Shown: one piece after another, positions 40,367 through 53,157 of the stretch | Layout of the letters: the number at the start of each line of letters is the position of its first letter | Numbering within the stretch: position 1 is the first letter of the stretch | Source of the DNA: Felis catus | Taxonomy: Eukaryota | Direction of reading: 5' to 3' | NCBI RefSeq assembly: GCF_018350175.1 | Contig: NC_058368.1 | Location: 41,046,001-41,110,000 of the forward strand | DNA: 64,000 nt | Notes under the pieces: generated by a model | The model's input: only the letters and a program-made list of their open reading frames with translations | Told to the model about the DNA's origin: nothing | The model's database searches: none | Program-made: the position numbers and the translations under genes

Positions 40367-40580
40367 GGGGATCCTGGGTGGCTCAGTCGGTTAAGCTTCT
40401 GACTTCGGCTCAGGTCATGATCTCACGGTCTGTGAGTTTGAGCCCCGCGTTGGGCTCTGTGCTGACAGCTCAGAGCCTGGAGCCTGCTTCAGATTCTGTG
40501 TCTCCCTCTCTCTCTGACCCTCCCCCATTCATGCTCTGTCTCTCTCTGTCTCAAAAACAAATAAACATTAAAAAAAAAAA
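40367..40580 (+). mobile_element. Can-SINE
   Basis: TSD aaaaagcccaag(g)att. Confidence 0.94.
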
Positions 40581-41909
40581 AAGCCCAAGATTGAGGAGAT
40601 AATTTGAGGAGGTTAAGTTAGGCTGGAGAGTTAAGCATAAATCAGATTATTCAGAGAATTGTTCTCTATGTTAAGAATTTACTGTGTTTCCCCTAAGTAA
40701 AATAGAATATTAATAAAAGATTTGTTAGTAGTTTGTTCACCTCTGATTGATTGAAACTACTTTAAAACGTTTTCACATCTGAGAAAACAAAGCAAAACAT
40801 GCTTTAAAAATTGGTGTATCCATAATGTAAATGTATGTTTTTACTTCATTTTAAAAATCTGCCATATCAAATATGTTTCATGTCCTTTACGCTTTCTTTG
40901 CGTGAGGGTTAGAGATGGTTAAGAGGAATAGGGCATTGCTAGCATTTTTCAGGCCCTTTTTATGAAGAAATACGACAGTCCACAGCAACTGGAATTTCTG
41001 GTGGCTTACTGCCCAGGTGTTTGCTTAGCCTGATCTGAGGAAAGGAATAAATTATTGGATCTGAGTAGCTAATAGGTTTAGAAATTTTTAGGAAAGTGAA
41101 AATAGTGCTTCTTAAATATGAAAGGATCTTGTTGTATGCCTTAGTGAGAAAAACAAAGAATACTTTTCCTTAAAATGTTTGTTTTATTTGCAAAAAATCT
41201 AATGGATTGAAGGGAGCTATGTGCATTTTATCAATTTTATTTCAGTTATTATTTGTGCCTAAATAAATTCTCCTTCACAACTGAGATTGACTACCAGCAT
41301 TGAGAATGTTGCCAATGAAATGATAATTTTGACTCAAGCACTGTAGGTAAGAGCAGGGCATGTGCTAAATTGGGGTTGGGAGGGGGGTTGAAGCATGGGA
41401 CTAGAGGAGGTGGACTTGAGCTAAATGAAATAATTGAAAGAAAGACAAAGGTCGTTTAAAACAGGCTTAACCATAGATGATGGAAAAAATCTAAGCAAAA
41501 GAAAAATAATCAAGAAAAGGTTGAAAAGAAAACAGCATGTATGTGCTTCTTGGAAGAACTACAGTAACTACAATTTGAGGATCTATCTGCATAATATACA
41601 TAAATATGAGCACATATATACATACCTAAAATTAATTAAGTCAAGTATTTTAGCAGATATGGAAGAAAAAAGACAAATGTTGCAATCAGAGGAAAAGTTT
41701 GGGTTTAAACTTTATGATTCATTGAATTAATCATTTATTCACTTCTTCATTATTACATTGCTTATAATGTCTTGGGTTGTATACTAAAAAACGTAAGCAA
41801 AAATTACATTTCATGTATCTGAAAATTAAACCACAATATACCTATTAACATCAAAGGTCAGAAACTTGCTAGATGAAAATTTAAGAAGCTAAGTCATATT
41901 AAAGAGATA

Positions 41910-43290
41910 TGCATAGCCTCCCCTATTATGAAACCCCCAGCCAGAGTGATACATTTGTTAAAACTGATAAACATACATGGACACATCATTATCACCTAAA
42001 ATCCATAGTTTACATTAGGATTTACTCTTGGCGTTATACATTCTATAGATTAGGACAAATGTATAATGACAGGTATTCACAATTATTGTATCTTAGGGAG
42101 TATTTTCACTCCCTAAAAATGCTTTGTGTTCTGCTTAGTTATCCCTCCACAACCCCTCTCCCCTAACTCCTGGTAGCCATTGAGCTTTTTACTGTCTTCA
42201 TAGTTCTATGTTTTTTAGAATGGATATAGTTTAGTTGTATATATATATATATACGTATATATATATATATATATACGTATATATATATATAGTTGGAAAC
42301 ATGCAGTATGTAGCCTTTTCAGATTACCTTCTCTCATTTAGTAATATGCATTTAAATTCCCTCTGTATCGTATCATGGCTTAGTAACTCATTTCTTTTTA
42401 GTGCTGAATAATATCCCATTGTCTGGATGTACCATGGTTTATTTCTCCCTTCACTTACTGACAGACATCTTGGTTGATTCCAAGTTTGGCAAATATGAAT
42501 AGGGCTACTACAAACATCTGCGTGCAGGTTTTGGTATGAATATATGTTTACAACTTCTATGAGTAAATGCCAAGGAACATGATTGCTGGATCACATGTAA
42601 GGGTATATTTAGTGGTGTAAAAAAACACCAAACTGGCTTCTAAAGTGGATATATAATTTTTTCATTCCCATTACCACTAAACAAGAGTTTCTGTTGTTAT
42701 ATCCTATGAGGATTTTTAAGAAATTCCCAACACTATTCATTTTCTTGATCTTTCACATTAAAAGGAACCAAAAAAACAAAATAAAAAACAAACTCTACTT
42801 CAATGAGATATAATCTATCTACAAAGAAATGCTTATTTTTTAAGTTTGATGAATTTTGACAAACTTTTACACCTATGTAACCACCACCATAATCCAGTTA
42901 GAGAATATTTTAATCAACCAAGATCTATTCATACATTTCTGCAGTGAACTCTACTCCAGTCCCAGGCAACATCTGACTTGCTTCTGTTACTATAAATTAG
43001 ACTTCATATATTGACACTTTTGTAAAATTGAATCATATAGTATGAACTCTGTTAAATCAGATTCCTTGCATTATGTTTCTGAGATTCAGACATTTTGTGT
43101 GTGTATCAATAGTTCACAACTTTTTTTTTTAAATTGTTGATTATATGAATACAACACAATTTGTCTATCCATCTACATCCTGATATATATATATATATAT
43201 TTTTCAGTCCAGGGCTATTATGAATAAAACTGCTATAAATATTTGCATACAAATATTTTTATGGACATAAATTTTCATTTTGGGAGGAAG
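41910..43290 (-). mobile_element. Old L1M 3' fragments (two adjacent copies)
   Basis: catcattatcacctaaaatccatagtttacattagg and cacctatgtaaccaccaccataatc 3'UTR motifs. Confidence 0.75.
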
Positions 43291-43449
43291 CTAATATGTC
43301 AATGTGTGAATGACTAAACCCTTTTAATTACATTATCTTTTGTAAAACTCTAATCTTGGTTGTTTTAAAAATAGAGTTGGACTCGTAATTCAACCTTGAT
43401 AATTCACAAAATGACTTCATTTTTCACTTCAAGTAAAATGGAGCCTCTT

Positions 43450-43905
43450 CATTTACTTTTTAAAGCTTTGCAGGTTTTGTCTCCAACTGCATGTAAAGTT
43501 TTAGTTTCATCCTTCTTCCCTCTGCCCACTGTGCTTTAACTGTCATAGCTCCTTTATTATAAGTTATTTCTCACACGGGTCTTTGTGTCAAATGGCCCAC
43601 TTCTGAGAATGCTCTGCCATCCTATGTTTCCCTGACTGGCCTCTTTTTTCCTTCACATCTTACCTTAAATAGCATCTTAGCAAGGGGAGTTTCCTCCTTT
43701 CAATCACATCAGCTTAATGTCTTCATTGTGCTTTTTATCTTCTGATATATTTGTTGTTTGTTTGATTGTCTATTAGTTTACTGTAATGTTTTACCTACTA
43801 GAACTAATGCTCCATGAAACAAAAGATTGTATGAATTGTTTACTGTACTGTCTTTAGTGTTTATGACGTTCCCTGGACCATAGTTGTTCTTCAGTAAATT
43901 ATTTA
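43450..43905. mobile_element. L2 3' fragment
   Basis: ctactagaactaatgctccatgaa...ccctggaccatagttgttcttcagtaaatt. Confidence 0.55.
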
Positions 43906-44377
43906 GAGAGCAACTGAAGAACATAACATAAGCTGACTCTTAATTTATGACCATAATTCTCGTAAGGACCGACAAAATGGCTGTAAATTCTTAACAAAAT
44001 ATTATCCCACATTCTTTGTGGCATAGACAACTAACTCTCCCTGTACGAATTCTTGTCATTATCCCTTTAGTATTAGAATCCCCCTCCCTAAATTTTAAAT
44101 AGGGACATAGTTGCTTAGCCTCATTGTATTTCTCAGGCTAGTGGTAGAGGGAATCACATGAGCTAGAGGTAATCACATGAGCAATTTTTGGATAGTGAAA
44201 TGCAAACATATCCCCAAAGACAAGTTACTCTGGACTTTCACTTTACCCATTCTGGCATGATAGACAGTGATAATGACTGAAATAATAGAGAAAGCTATGT
44301 ATTGAGGATGGTAGAGTTGTACTTTTAGCTGATGTCTCTAAAAGACTGTAGTCAGGAGAGTCCACCCACCTGCCCAA

Positions 44378-44585
44378 TTTTTTTTTTTTTAATTTTAGAA
44401 AGGGAGAGAGAAAGGGAGAGAGAGCACGAGCAGGGAAGAAGGGCAGAGGGAGAAAGAGAGAATCTCAAACAGGCTTCAAGTTCAGCATGGAGCCCAATGC
44501 AGGGCTCGATCCCATGGCCTAGGGATCATGACCTGAGCTGAAATCGAGAGTTGGACATTCAACCAATTGAGTTATTGGGCACCTC
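44378..44585 (-). mobile_element. Can-SINE
   Basis: T-run, (GA)n, reverse head. Confidence 0.88.
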
Positions 44586-45987
44586 TGCTCAGATTTTTAT
44601 ATTGGAAAAAATACCCCACACTAAGTGTGGTAGTTGTCATATAGTAAAACATGTACCAGAGATTTGGAAAAACCTATGTAATAAGGAGTGGGCAGGGACT
44701 AGTGGGCTGCAGTGAGAACAGTTCTTTAAGGAGATGAAGGATCTAGGAGGCTAGAAATTTGAAAGTAATCAAAGTACATTTTGAAATCACCCCTAGCAAA
44801 TTGAGTGCATGGATTATGGATAAGGGCTCTGAGCAAGTTGTTAGATTCTTTAGAAATATAGTCTTAACCAAAAGTCAGTTGATGTTAATAAGTAAATAAA
44901 ATGAAGGGTTAAGAGTAGTATAGCCAAATGTTTAGACATCAGTGGAACCATGGAACAGGATTTCTTAAAGGAAAGTAGAAGCAGGAATCAAAAGTGTGTG
45001 AGAGGAACTTCGAAGGAGGTAGCATCATCAAGAGTGAGCTAGAGTTCAGTTAAGACCAAAAGGTGAGGGAAACTTGTTAAGAAGGACTTAGGGACTTAGG
45101 AAATGTAGTTAATTATAGGATGATAGTCCCAGAAGACAGAGTTGATGGATTTGAGTTTGGGTGAGAAAGGAAGGTCATGTCAAGGGTAAGGAAGCACATA
45201 TCAATCAGCATTGACTGATACAGGTTTAAAAGGCATGAAAGATTTAGTCTCAGCAGCCTTTCTTGACTGTGGGTACTAAGTATTGTGGTCAGAACATTGT
45301 CTGAATTGGCTGGGCAATGGTATATCTTGAAACCACTAAGTACACTGATAATGGGCCCAGAAGCTGGAGATGCTGCTTGCTGTGTGGGCTGGATGATGGC
45401 TGAGAAACTTCTCACTCACGGGATGTATTTAAGTGAGTGATGTATATTTGCCAGTAGTGACTTTATATTTGAATATATGAATTATGAATGGATAAGTGCC
45501 TCTGTGTATGATCTCAGTGTAAAGATGTCTGTAGATTATATTCATGAATTTGTCTGGAGCAGCCCAGCTAATTAAAGCAATACACTGAGGAAACCGAGTC
45601 TACAGGTTCATTTCCTGTGGGTGCTTTTTACATCTGCAGAGTACACAACACATAATAGGGCCTTAATAAATGTGTGTTCATTAAATGAATAAGCGACTAA
45701 AGCATCTATGGGATGAAAGGGAGCATGGCTTTAAAAGTACCACTGTCTATGCCTTTATGCACAACATGTTCAGAAATCCATGTTTGATCCAGTAAGGGAA
45801 ATTTTGTAAGAAAGTGGGACAGATCAGCAGAAATTACCAATACTCTCAGACAAGCAACCAAAGGACACATTCTTATAAAAGAGTGTGAGTGATAACGTCT
45901 AGTGTAATGAAAAGAGGAAATGCTTATGTTTTAAATTCCCCATCATCGTGTCAAAAATATAAATGTGGTTATAAAATTATAAAATAA

Positions 45988-46200
45988 GGTGCGCCTGGGT
46001 GGCTCAGTTGATTAAGCATCCGACTTTGGCTCAGGTCATGATCTCATGGATTGTGGGTTCAAGCCCCGTGTTAGGCTGTGTGTTGACAGCGTGGAGCCTG
46101 GAACCTGCTTCAGATTCTGTAGCTCCCTCTCTCTTTCGGTCCCTCCCCCACTCACGCTCTGTCTCTCACTCTCTCTCAAAAAAGTAAATAAACATTAAAA
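45988..46200 (+). mobile_element. Can-SINE
   Basis: ggtgcgcctgggtggctcag head; TSD tataaaataa. Confidence 0.92.
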
Positions 46201-46947
46201 TTTTTTTAAATATATAAAATAAATATAATGATGAAGTTTAATATAAAAATAAAACTAAACAAAAGCCTTACCCTTTCAAATATTTGATAGAAGGATATTC
46301 TTTTTAAATTTGAATTAAATTTGAATAATGTTCAATTAAATTAATTGATAGTTATTTTGCTACTTTTTTTCTTATCTCCTTTGTATTATGTACCTTGTGA
46401 AAATACTTAATACATTTACATATTTTTCTGTAGGATGTAGATTTTATGTAAACCACAGAAAATAAGATTAAAGTCTTTGCTTAAGAAGTGGATAATATTT
46501 TTATGTGAATTCTAAAATATTTTTCTCCTGGTGAGTTTCATGTATAAACTCTAAATATCTCCCTGGGTTGAACAATACACATATGTAATTTAACATGTTC
46601 TTCATAGAAATGCAAAATTCAAGAAAAAAATGCAGAAGAAAACAAAACTTTTTTTTTTTAATTTTTTAACGTTTATTTATTTATTTTTTGTTTTGTTTTG
46701 TTTATTTGTTTCTTTATTTTTTTATATATAAAATTTATTGACAAATTGGTTTCCATACAACACCCAGTGCTCATCCCAAAAGGTGCCCTCCTCAATACCC
46801 ATCACCCACCCTCTCCTCCCTCCCACCCCCCATCAACCCTCAGTTTGTTCTCAGTTTTTAACAGTCTCTTATGCTTTGGCTCTTTCCCGCTCTAACCTGT
46901 TTTTTTTTTTTTTCCTTCCCCTCCCCCATGGGTTCCTGTTAAGTTTC

Positions 46948-49900
46948 TCAGGATCCACATAAGAGTGAAACCATATGGTGTCTGTCTTTCTCTGTATGGC
47001 TTATTTCACTTAGCATCACACTCTCCAGTTCCATCCACGTTGCTACAAAAGGCCATATTTCATTTTTTCTCATTGCCACGTAATATTCCATTGTGTATAT
47101 AAACCACAATTTCTTTATCCATTCATCAGTTGATGGACATTTAGGCTCTTTCCATAATTTGGCTATTGTTGAGAGTGCTGCTATGAACATTGGGGTACAA
47201 GTGGCCCTATGCATCCGTACTCCTGTATCCCTTGGATAAATTCCTAGCAGTGCTATTGCTGGGTCATAGGGTAGGTCTATTTTTAATTTTCTGAGGAACC
47301 TTCACACTGCTTTCCAGAGCGGCTGCACCAATTTGCATTCCCACCAACAGTGCAAGAGGGTTCCCGTTTCTCCACATCCTCTCCAGCATCTATAGTCTCC
47401 TGATTTGTTCATTTTGGCCACTCTGACTGGCGTGAGGTGATACCTGAGTGTGGTTTTGGTTTGTATTTCCCTGATAAGGAGCGACGCTGAACATCTTTTC
47501 ATGTGCCTGTTGGCCATCCGGATGTCTTCTTTAGAGAAGTGTCTATTCATGGTTTCTGCCCATTTCTTCACTGGGTTATTTGTTTTTGGGTGTGGAGTTT
47601 GGTGAGCTCTTTATAGATTTTGGATACTAGCCCTTTGTCCGATATGTCATTTGCGAATATCTTTTCCCATTCCGTTGGTTGCCTTTTAGTTTTGTTGGTT
47701 GTTTCCTTTGCTGTGCAGAAGCTTTTTATCTTCATAAGGTCCCAGTAATTCACTTTTGCTTTTAATTCCCTTGCCTTTGGGGATGTGTCGAGTAAGAGAT
47801 TGCTACGGCTGAGGTCAGAGAGGTCTTTTCCTGCTTTCTCCTCTAAGGTTTTGATGGTTTCCTGTCTCACATTCAGGTCCTTTATCCATTTTGAGTTTAT
47901 TTTTGTGAAATGGTGTGAGAAAGTGGTCTAGTTTCAACCTTCTGCATGTTGTTGTCCAGTTCTCCCAGCACCATTTGTTAAAGAGGCTGTCTTTTTTCCA
48001 TTGGATGTTCTTTCCTGCTTTGTCAAAGATGAGTTGGCCATACGTTTGTGGGTCTAGTTCTGGGGTTTCTATTCTGTTCCATTGGTCTATGTGTCTGTTT
48101 TTGTGCCAATACCATGCTGTCTTGATGATGACAGCTTTGTAGTAGAGGCTAAAGTCTGGGATTGTGATGCCTCCTGCCTTGGTCTTCTTCTTCAAAATTC
48201 CTTTGGCTATTCGGGGCCTTTTGTGGTTCCATATGAATTTCAGGATTGCTTGTTCTAGTTTTGAGAAGAATGCTGGTGCAATTTTGATTGGGATTGCATT
48301 GAATGTGTAGATAGCTTTGGGTAGTATTGACATTTTGACAATATTTATTTTTCCAATCCATGAGCAGGGAATGTCTTTCCAATTATTTAAATCTTCTTCA
48401 ATTTCCTTCATAAGCTTTCTATAGTTTTCAGCATACAGATCCTTTACATCTTTGGTTAGATTTATTCCTAGGTATCTTATGCTTCTTGGTGCAATTGTGA
48501 ATGGGATCAGTTTCTTTATTTGTCTTTCTGTTGCTTCATTGTTAGTGTGTAAGAATGCAACTGATTTCTGTACATTGATTTTGTATCCTGCAACTTTGCT
48601 GAATTCCTGTATCAGTTCTAGCCGACTTTTGGTGGAGTCTATCGGATTTTCCATGTATAATATCATGTCATCTGCAAAAAGCGAAAGTTTGACTTCATCT
48701 TTGCCAATTTTGATGCCTTTGATTTCCTTTTGTTGTCTGATTGCTGATGCTAGAACTTCCAGCACTATGTTAAACGGCAGCGGTGAGAGTGGGCATCCTT
48801 GTCGTGTTCCTGATCTCAGGGAGAAAGCTCTCAGTTTTTCCCCGTTGAGGATGATGTTAGCTGTGGGCTTTTCATAAATGGCTTTTATGATCTTTAAGTA
48901 TGTTCCTTCTATCCCGACTTTCTCAAGGGTTTTTATTAAGAAACCGTGCTGGATTTTGTCAAAGGCCTTTTCTGCATCGATTGACAGGATCATATGGTTC
49001 TTATCTTTTCTTTTGTTAATGTGATGTATCACGTTGATTGATTTGCGAATGTTGAACCAGCCCTGCATCCCAGGAATGAATCCCACTTGATCATGGTGAG
49101 TAATTCTTTTTATATGCCGTTGAATTCGATTTGCTAGTATCTTATTGAGAATTTTTGCATCCATATTCATCAGGGATATTGGCCTGTAGTTCTCTTTTTT
49201 GACTGGGTCTCTGTCTGGTTTAGGAATCAAAGTAATACTGGCTTCATAGAATGAGTCTGGAAGTTTTCCTTCCCTTTCTATTTCTTGGAATAGCTTGAGA
49301 AGGATAGGTATTATCTCTGCTTTAAACGTCTGGTAGAACTCCCCTGGGAAGCCATCTGGTCCTGGACTCTTATTTGTTGGGAGATTTTGGATAACCGATT
49401 CAATTTCTTCGCTGGTTATGGGTCTGTTCAAGCTTTCTATTTCCTCCTGATTGAGTTTTGGAAGAGTGTGGGTGTTCAGGAATTTGTCCATTTCTTCCAG
49501 GTTGTCCAATTTGTTGGCATATAATTTTTCATAGTATTCCCTGATAATTGTTTGTATCTCTGAGGGATTGGTTGTAATAATTCCATTTTCATTCATGATT
49601 TTATCTATTTGGGTCATTTCCCTTTTCTTTTTGAGAAGCCTGGCTAGAGGTTTGTCAATTTTGTTTATTTTTTCAAAAAACCAACTCTTGGTTTCGTTGA
49701 TCTGCTCTACAGTCTTTTTAGATTCTATATTGTTTATTTCTGCTCTGATCTTTATTATTTCTCTTCTTCTGCTGGGTTTAGGCTGCCTTTGCTGTTCTGC
49801 TTCTAGTTCCTTTAGGTGTGCTGTTAGATTTTCTATTTGGGATTTTTCTTGTTTCTTGAGATAGGCCTGGATTGCAATGTATTTTCCTCTCAGGACTGCC

Positions 49901-50772
49901 TTCGCTGTGTCCCAAAGCGTTTGGGTTGTTGTATTTTCATTTTCGTTTGTTTCCATATATTTTTTAATTTCTTCTCTAATTGCCTGGTTGACCCACTCAT
50001 TCTTTAGTAGGGTGTTCTTTAACCTCCATGCCTTTGGAAGTTTTCCAGACTTTTTTCTGTGGTTGATTTCAAGCTTCATAGCATTGTGGTCTGAAAGTAT
50101 GCATGGTATAATTTCAATTCTTGTAAACTTATGAAGGGCTGTTTTGTGACCCAGTATATGATCTATCTTGGAGAATGTTCCATGTGCACTCGAGAAGAAA
50201 GTATATTCTGTTGCTTTGGGATGCAGAGTTCTAAATATATCTGTCAAGTCCATCCGATCCAATGTCTCATTCAGGGCCCTTGTTTCTTTATTGACCGTGT
50301 GTCTAGATGATCTATCCATTTCTGTAAGTGGGGTGTTAAAGTCCCCTGCAATTACCACATTCTTATCAATAAGGTTGCTTATGTTTATGAGTAATTGTTT
50401 TATATATTTGGGGGCTCCAGTATTCGGCGCATAGACATTTATAATTGTTAGCTCTTCCTGATGGATAGACCCTGTAACTATTATATAATGTCCTTCTTCA
50501 TCTCTTGTTACAGCCTTTAATTTAAAGTGTAGTTTGTCTGATATAAGTATGGCTACTCCAGCTTTCTTTTGGCTTCCAGTCGCATGATAAATAGTTCTCC
50601 ATCCCCTCACTCTCAATCTAAAGGTGTCCTCAGGTCTAAAATGAGTCTCTTGTAGACAGCAAATAGATGGGTCTTGTTTTTTTATCCATTCTGATACCCT
50701 ATGTCTTTTGGTTGGCGCATTTAATCCATTTACATTCAGTGTTATTATAGAAAGATATGGGTTTAGAGTCAT
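46948..50772 (-). pseudogene. LINE-1 ORF2p (endonuclease/reverse transcriptase), C-terminally disrupted
   Basis: Starts [11 protein letters not shown] at 50772. QETH, GDFN, SDH, LFADD and CWRGC..HCWWEC motifs present. +1 indel near 47909, -1 indel near 47588, and TGG>TGA at 47302-47304. Confidence 0.93.
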
Positions 50773-50822
50773 TGTGATGTCTGTATGTTTTATGCTTGTA
50801 GTGATGTCTCTGGGACTTTGTC

Positions 50823-51716
50823 TCACAGGGTCCCCCTTAGGATCTCTTGTAGGGCTGGTTTAGTGGTGACAAATTCCTTCAGTTTTTGTTTGTTTGGGAA
50901 GACCTTTATCTCTCCTTCTATTCTAAATGAGAGACTTGCTGGATAAAGGATTCTCGGCTGCATATTTTTTCTGTCTAGCACCCTGAAAATCTCGTGCCAA
51001 TTCTTTCTGGCCTGCCAAGTTTCAAAAGAGGGATCAGTCACGAGTCTTATAGGTCTCCCTTTATATGTGAGGGCACGTTTACCCCTTGCTGCTTTCACAA
51101 TTTTCTCTTTATCCTTGTATTTTGCCAGTTTCACTATGATATGTCGTGCAGAAGATCGATTCAAGTTACGTCTGAAGGGAGTTCTCTGTGCCTCTTGGAT
51201 TTCAATGCCTTTTTCCTTCCCCAGTTCAGGGAAGTTCTCAGCTATGATTTCTTCAAGTACCCCTTCAGCACCTTTCCCTCTCTCTTCCTCCTCTGGGATA
51301 CCAATTATGCGTATATTATTTCTTTTTAGTGTATCACTTAGTTCTCTAATTTTCCCCTCATACTCCTGGATTTTTTTATCTCTCTTTTTCTCAGCTTCCT
51401 CTTTTTCCATAACTTTACCTTCTAGTTCACCTATTCTCTCCTCTGCCTCTTCAAGCCGAGCTGTGGTGGTTTCCATTTTGTTATGCATTTCGTTTAAAGC
51501 GGTTTTCAGCTCCTCGTGACTGTTCCTTAGTCCCTTGATCTCTGTAGGAAGAGATTCTCTGCTGTCCTGTATACTGTTTTCAAGCCCAGCGATTAATTTT
51601 ATGACTATTATTCTAAATTCACTTTCTGTTATATTATTTAAATCCTTTTTGATCAGCTCATTAGCTGTTGTTATTTCCTGGAGATTTTTCTGAGGGGAAT
51701 TCTTCAGTTTGGTCAT
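50823..51716 (-). CDS. LINE-1 ORF1p (RNA-binding chaperone), intact, 297 aa
   Basis: Open from ATG at 51716 ([10 protein letters not shown]...) to LQEILRGTL*. Coiled coil, [16 protein letters not shown] RRM entry and YPASLSF CTD motif. Confidence 0.9.
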   Translation of the reverse strand: MTKLKNSPQKNLQEITTANELIKKDLNNITESEFRIIVIKLIAGLENSIQDSRESLPTEIKGLRNSHEELKTALNEMHNKMETTTARLEEAEERIGELEGKVMEKEEAEKKRDKKIQEYEGKIRELSDTLKRNNIRIIGIPEEEERGKGAEGVLEEIIAENFPELGKEKGIEIQEAQRTPFRRNLNRSSARHIIVKLAKYKDKEKIVKAARGKRALTYKGRPIRLVTDPSFETWQARKNWHEIFRVLDRKNMQPRILYPASLSFRIEGEIKVFPNKQKLKEFVTTKPALQEILRGTL

Positions 51717-52736
51717 TTTGGATAGTCCCTGGTGTGGTGAGGACCTGCAAGGCACTTCCCCTGTGCTGTGGTGTATAACTGGAGTTGGTGGGCGGGGCCG
51801 CAGTCAGACCTGATGTCTGCCCCCAGCCCACCGCTGGGGCCACAGTCAGACTGGTGTGTGCCTTCTCTTCCCCTCTCCTAGGGGTGGGATTCACTGTGGG
51901 GTGGCGTGGCCCATCTGGGCTACTTGCACACTGCCAGGCTTGTGATGCTGGGGATCTGGCGTATTAGCTGGGGTGGGTAGGCAAGGTGCATGGGGGCAGG
52001 AGGGGCAGGCTTAGATCGCTTCTCCTTAGGTGATCCTCTTCAGGAGGGGCCCTGTGGCAGCGGGAGGGAGTCAGATCCGCTGCCGGAGGTTTGGCTCCGC
52101 AGAAGCACAGAGTTGGGTGTTTGCGCAGAGGGAGCAAGTTCCCTGGCAGGAACTGGTTCTCTTTGGGATTTTGGCTGGGGGATGGGCGGGGGAGATGGCG
52201 CTGGCGAGCGCCTTTGTTCCCCACCAAACTGAGCTCTGTCGTCCGGGGGCTCAGCAGCTCTCCCTCCCTTTGTCCTCCAGCCTTCCCGCTTTCCGAGCAG
52301 AGCTGTTAACTTATGACCTCCCAGACGCTAAGTCGCGCTTGCTGTCGGAACACAGTCCGTCAGGCCCCTCCGCTTTTGCCAGCCAGACTTGGGGGCTCTG
52401 CTTGGCCGGTGAGCCGCCCCTCCACCCGGCTCCCTCCTGCCAGTCCGTGGAGCGCGCACCGCCTCGCCGCCCTTCCTACCCTCTTCCGTGGGCCTCTCGT
52501 CTGCTTTTGGCTCCGGCGACTCCGTTCTGCTAATCCTCTGGAGGTTTTCTGGATTATTTAGGCAGGTGTAGGTGGAATCTAAGTGATCAGCAGGACGCGC
52601 GGTGAGCCCAGCGTCCTCCTAAGCCGCCATCTTGCCGCTTCTCGCCCTATTCTTAATTATCTCAAAGAGAAAATAGTTTTAACTTTTAGGTTTTTTTTCT
52701 CTTACTTTTCTCTGGCATAGTATGTTTTACTAGGGA

Positions 52737-52782
<46 letters not shown>

Positions 52783-53157
52783 CATACACATATATACTTT
52801 TGTATCCCACTTTAAATTACAACATAAACAGATTTTTATTAATACCATTTGAAATGGTCACATATATTCCATTATTCATTTAAACAAAATGCTTAGATAC
52901 TAATCTAAGTGTAGCAATTAAAAAGGTAAATAAAACAGATCAAGTCTCCATGTCATTTTCATAAACCAGTGTCTTCATTTTGGAAAATACTTTAAATGAC
53001 AATTAATCAAAAGGAACATAAACTTACCAAAGCAATATGTTTATATTTGAAAGCCTAGAGACAAAAAAAATTTCATATCAAAGCTTTTACATATTAAAGC
53101 TTTTCATATAACTTCAATGTAAATATTAGTTTACTTTTACTTCATTTTATTTGAAAG

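Larger units (their letters stand above)
39046..46530 (+). pseudogene. Exons 39046-39150, 39252-39344, 39919-40015, 40953-41016, 41246-41346 and 46434-46530 of the CFAP46-like pseudogene
   Basis: Strong donors GTAAGC (40016), GTAAGA (41347) and GTGAGT (46531). Phase-compatible join ALFMKKYDSPQQLEFLVAYCP|VIICA*INSPSQLRLTTSIENVANEMIILTQAL*|DVDFM*TTENKIKVFA*EVDNIFM*ILKYFSP. Confidence 0.6.
46649..52647 (-). mobile_element. Full-length young LINE-1 (felid type)
   Basis: CpG-rich 5'UTR (51717-52647) ending ccgccatcttg...ccc, ORF1, ORF2, 3'UTR with G-rich tract, and a patterned A tail. No TSD visible. Confidence 0.98.
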
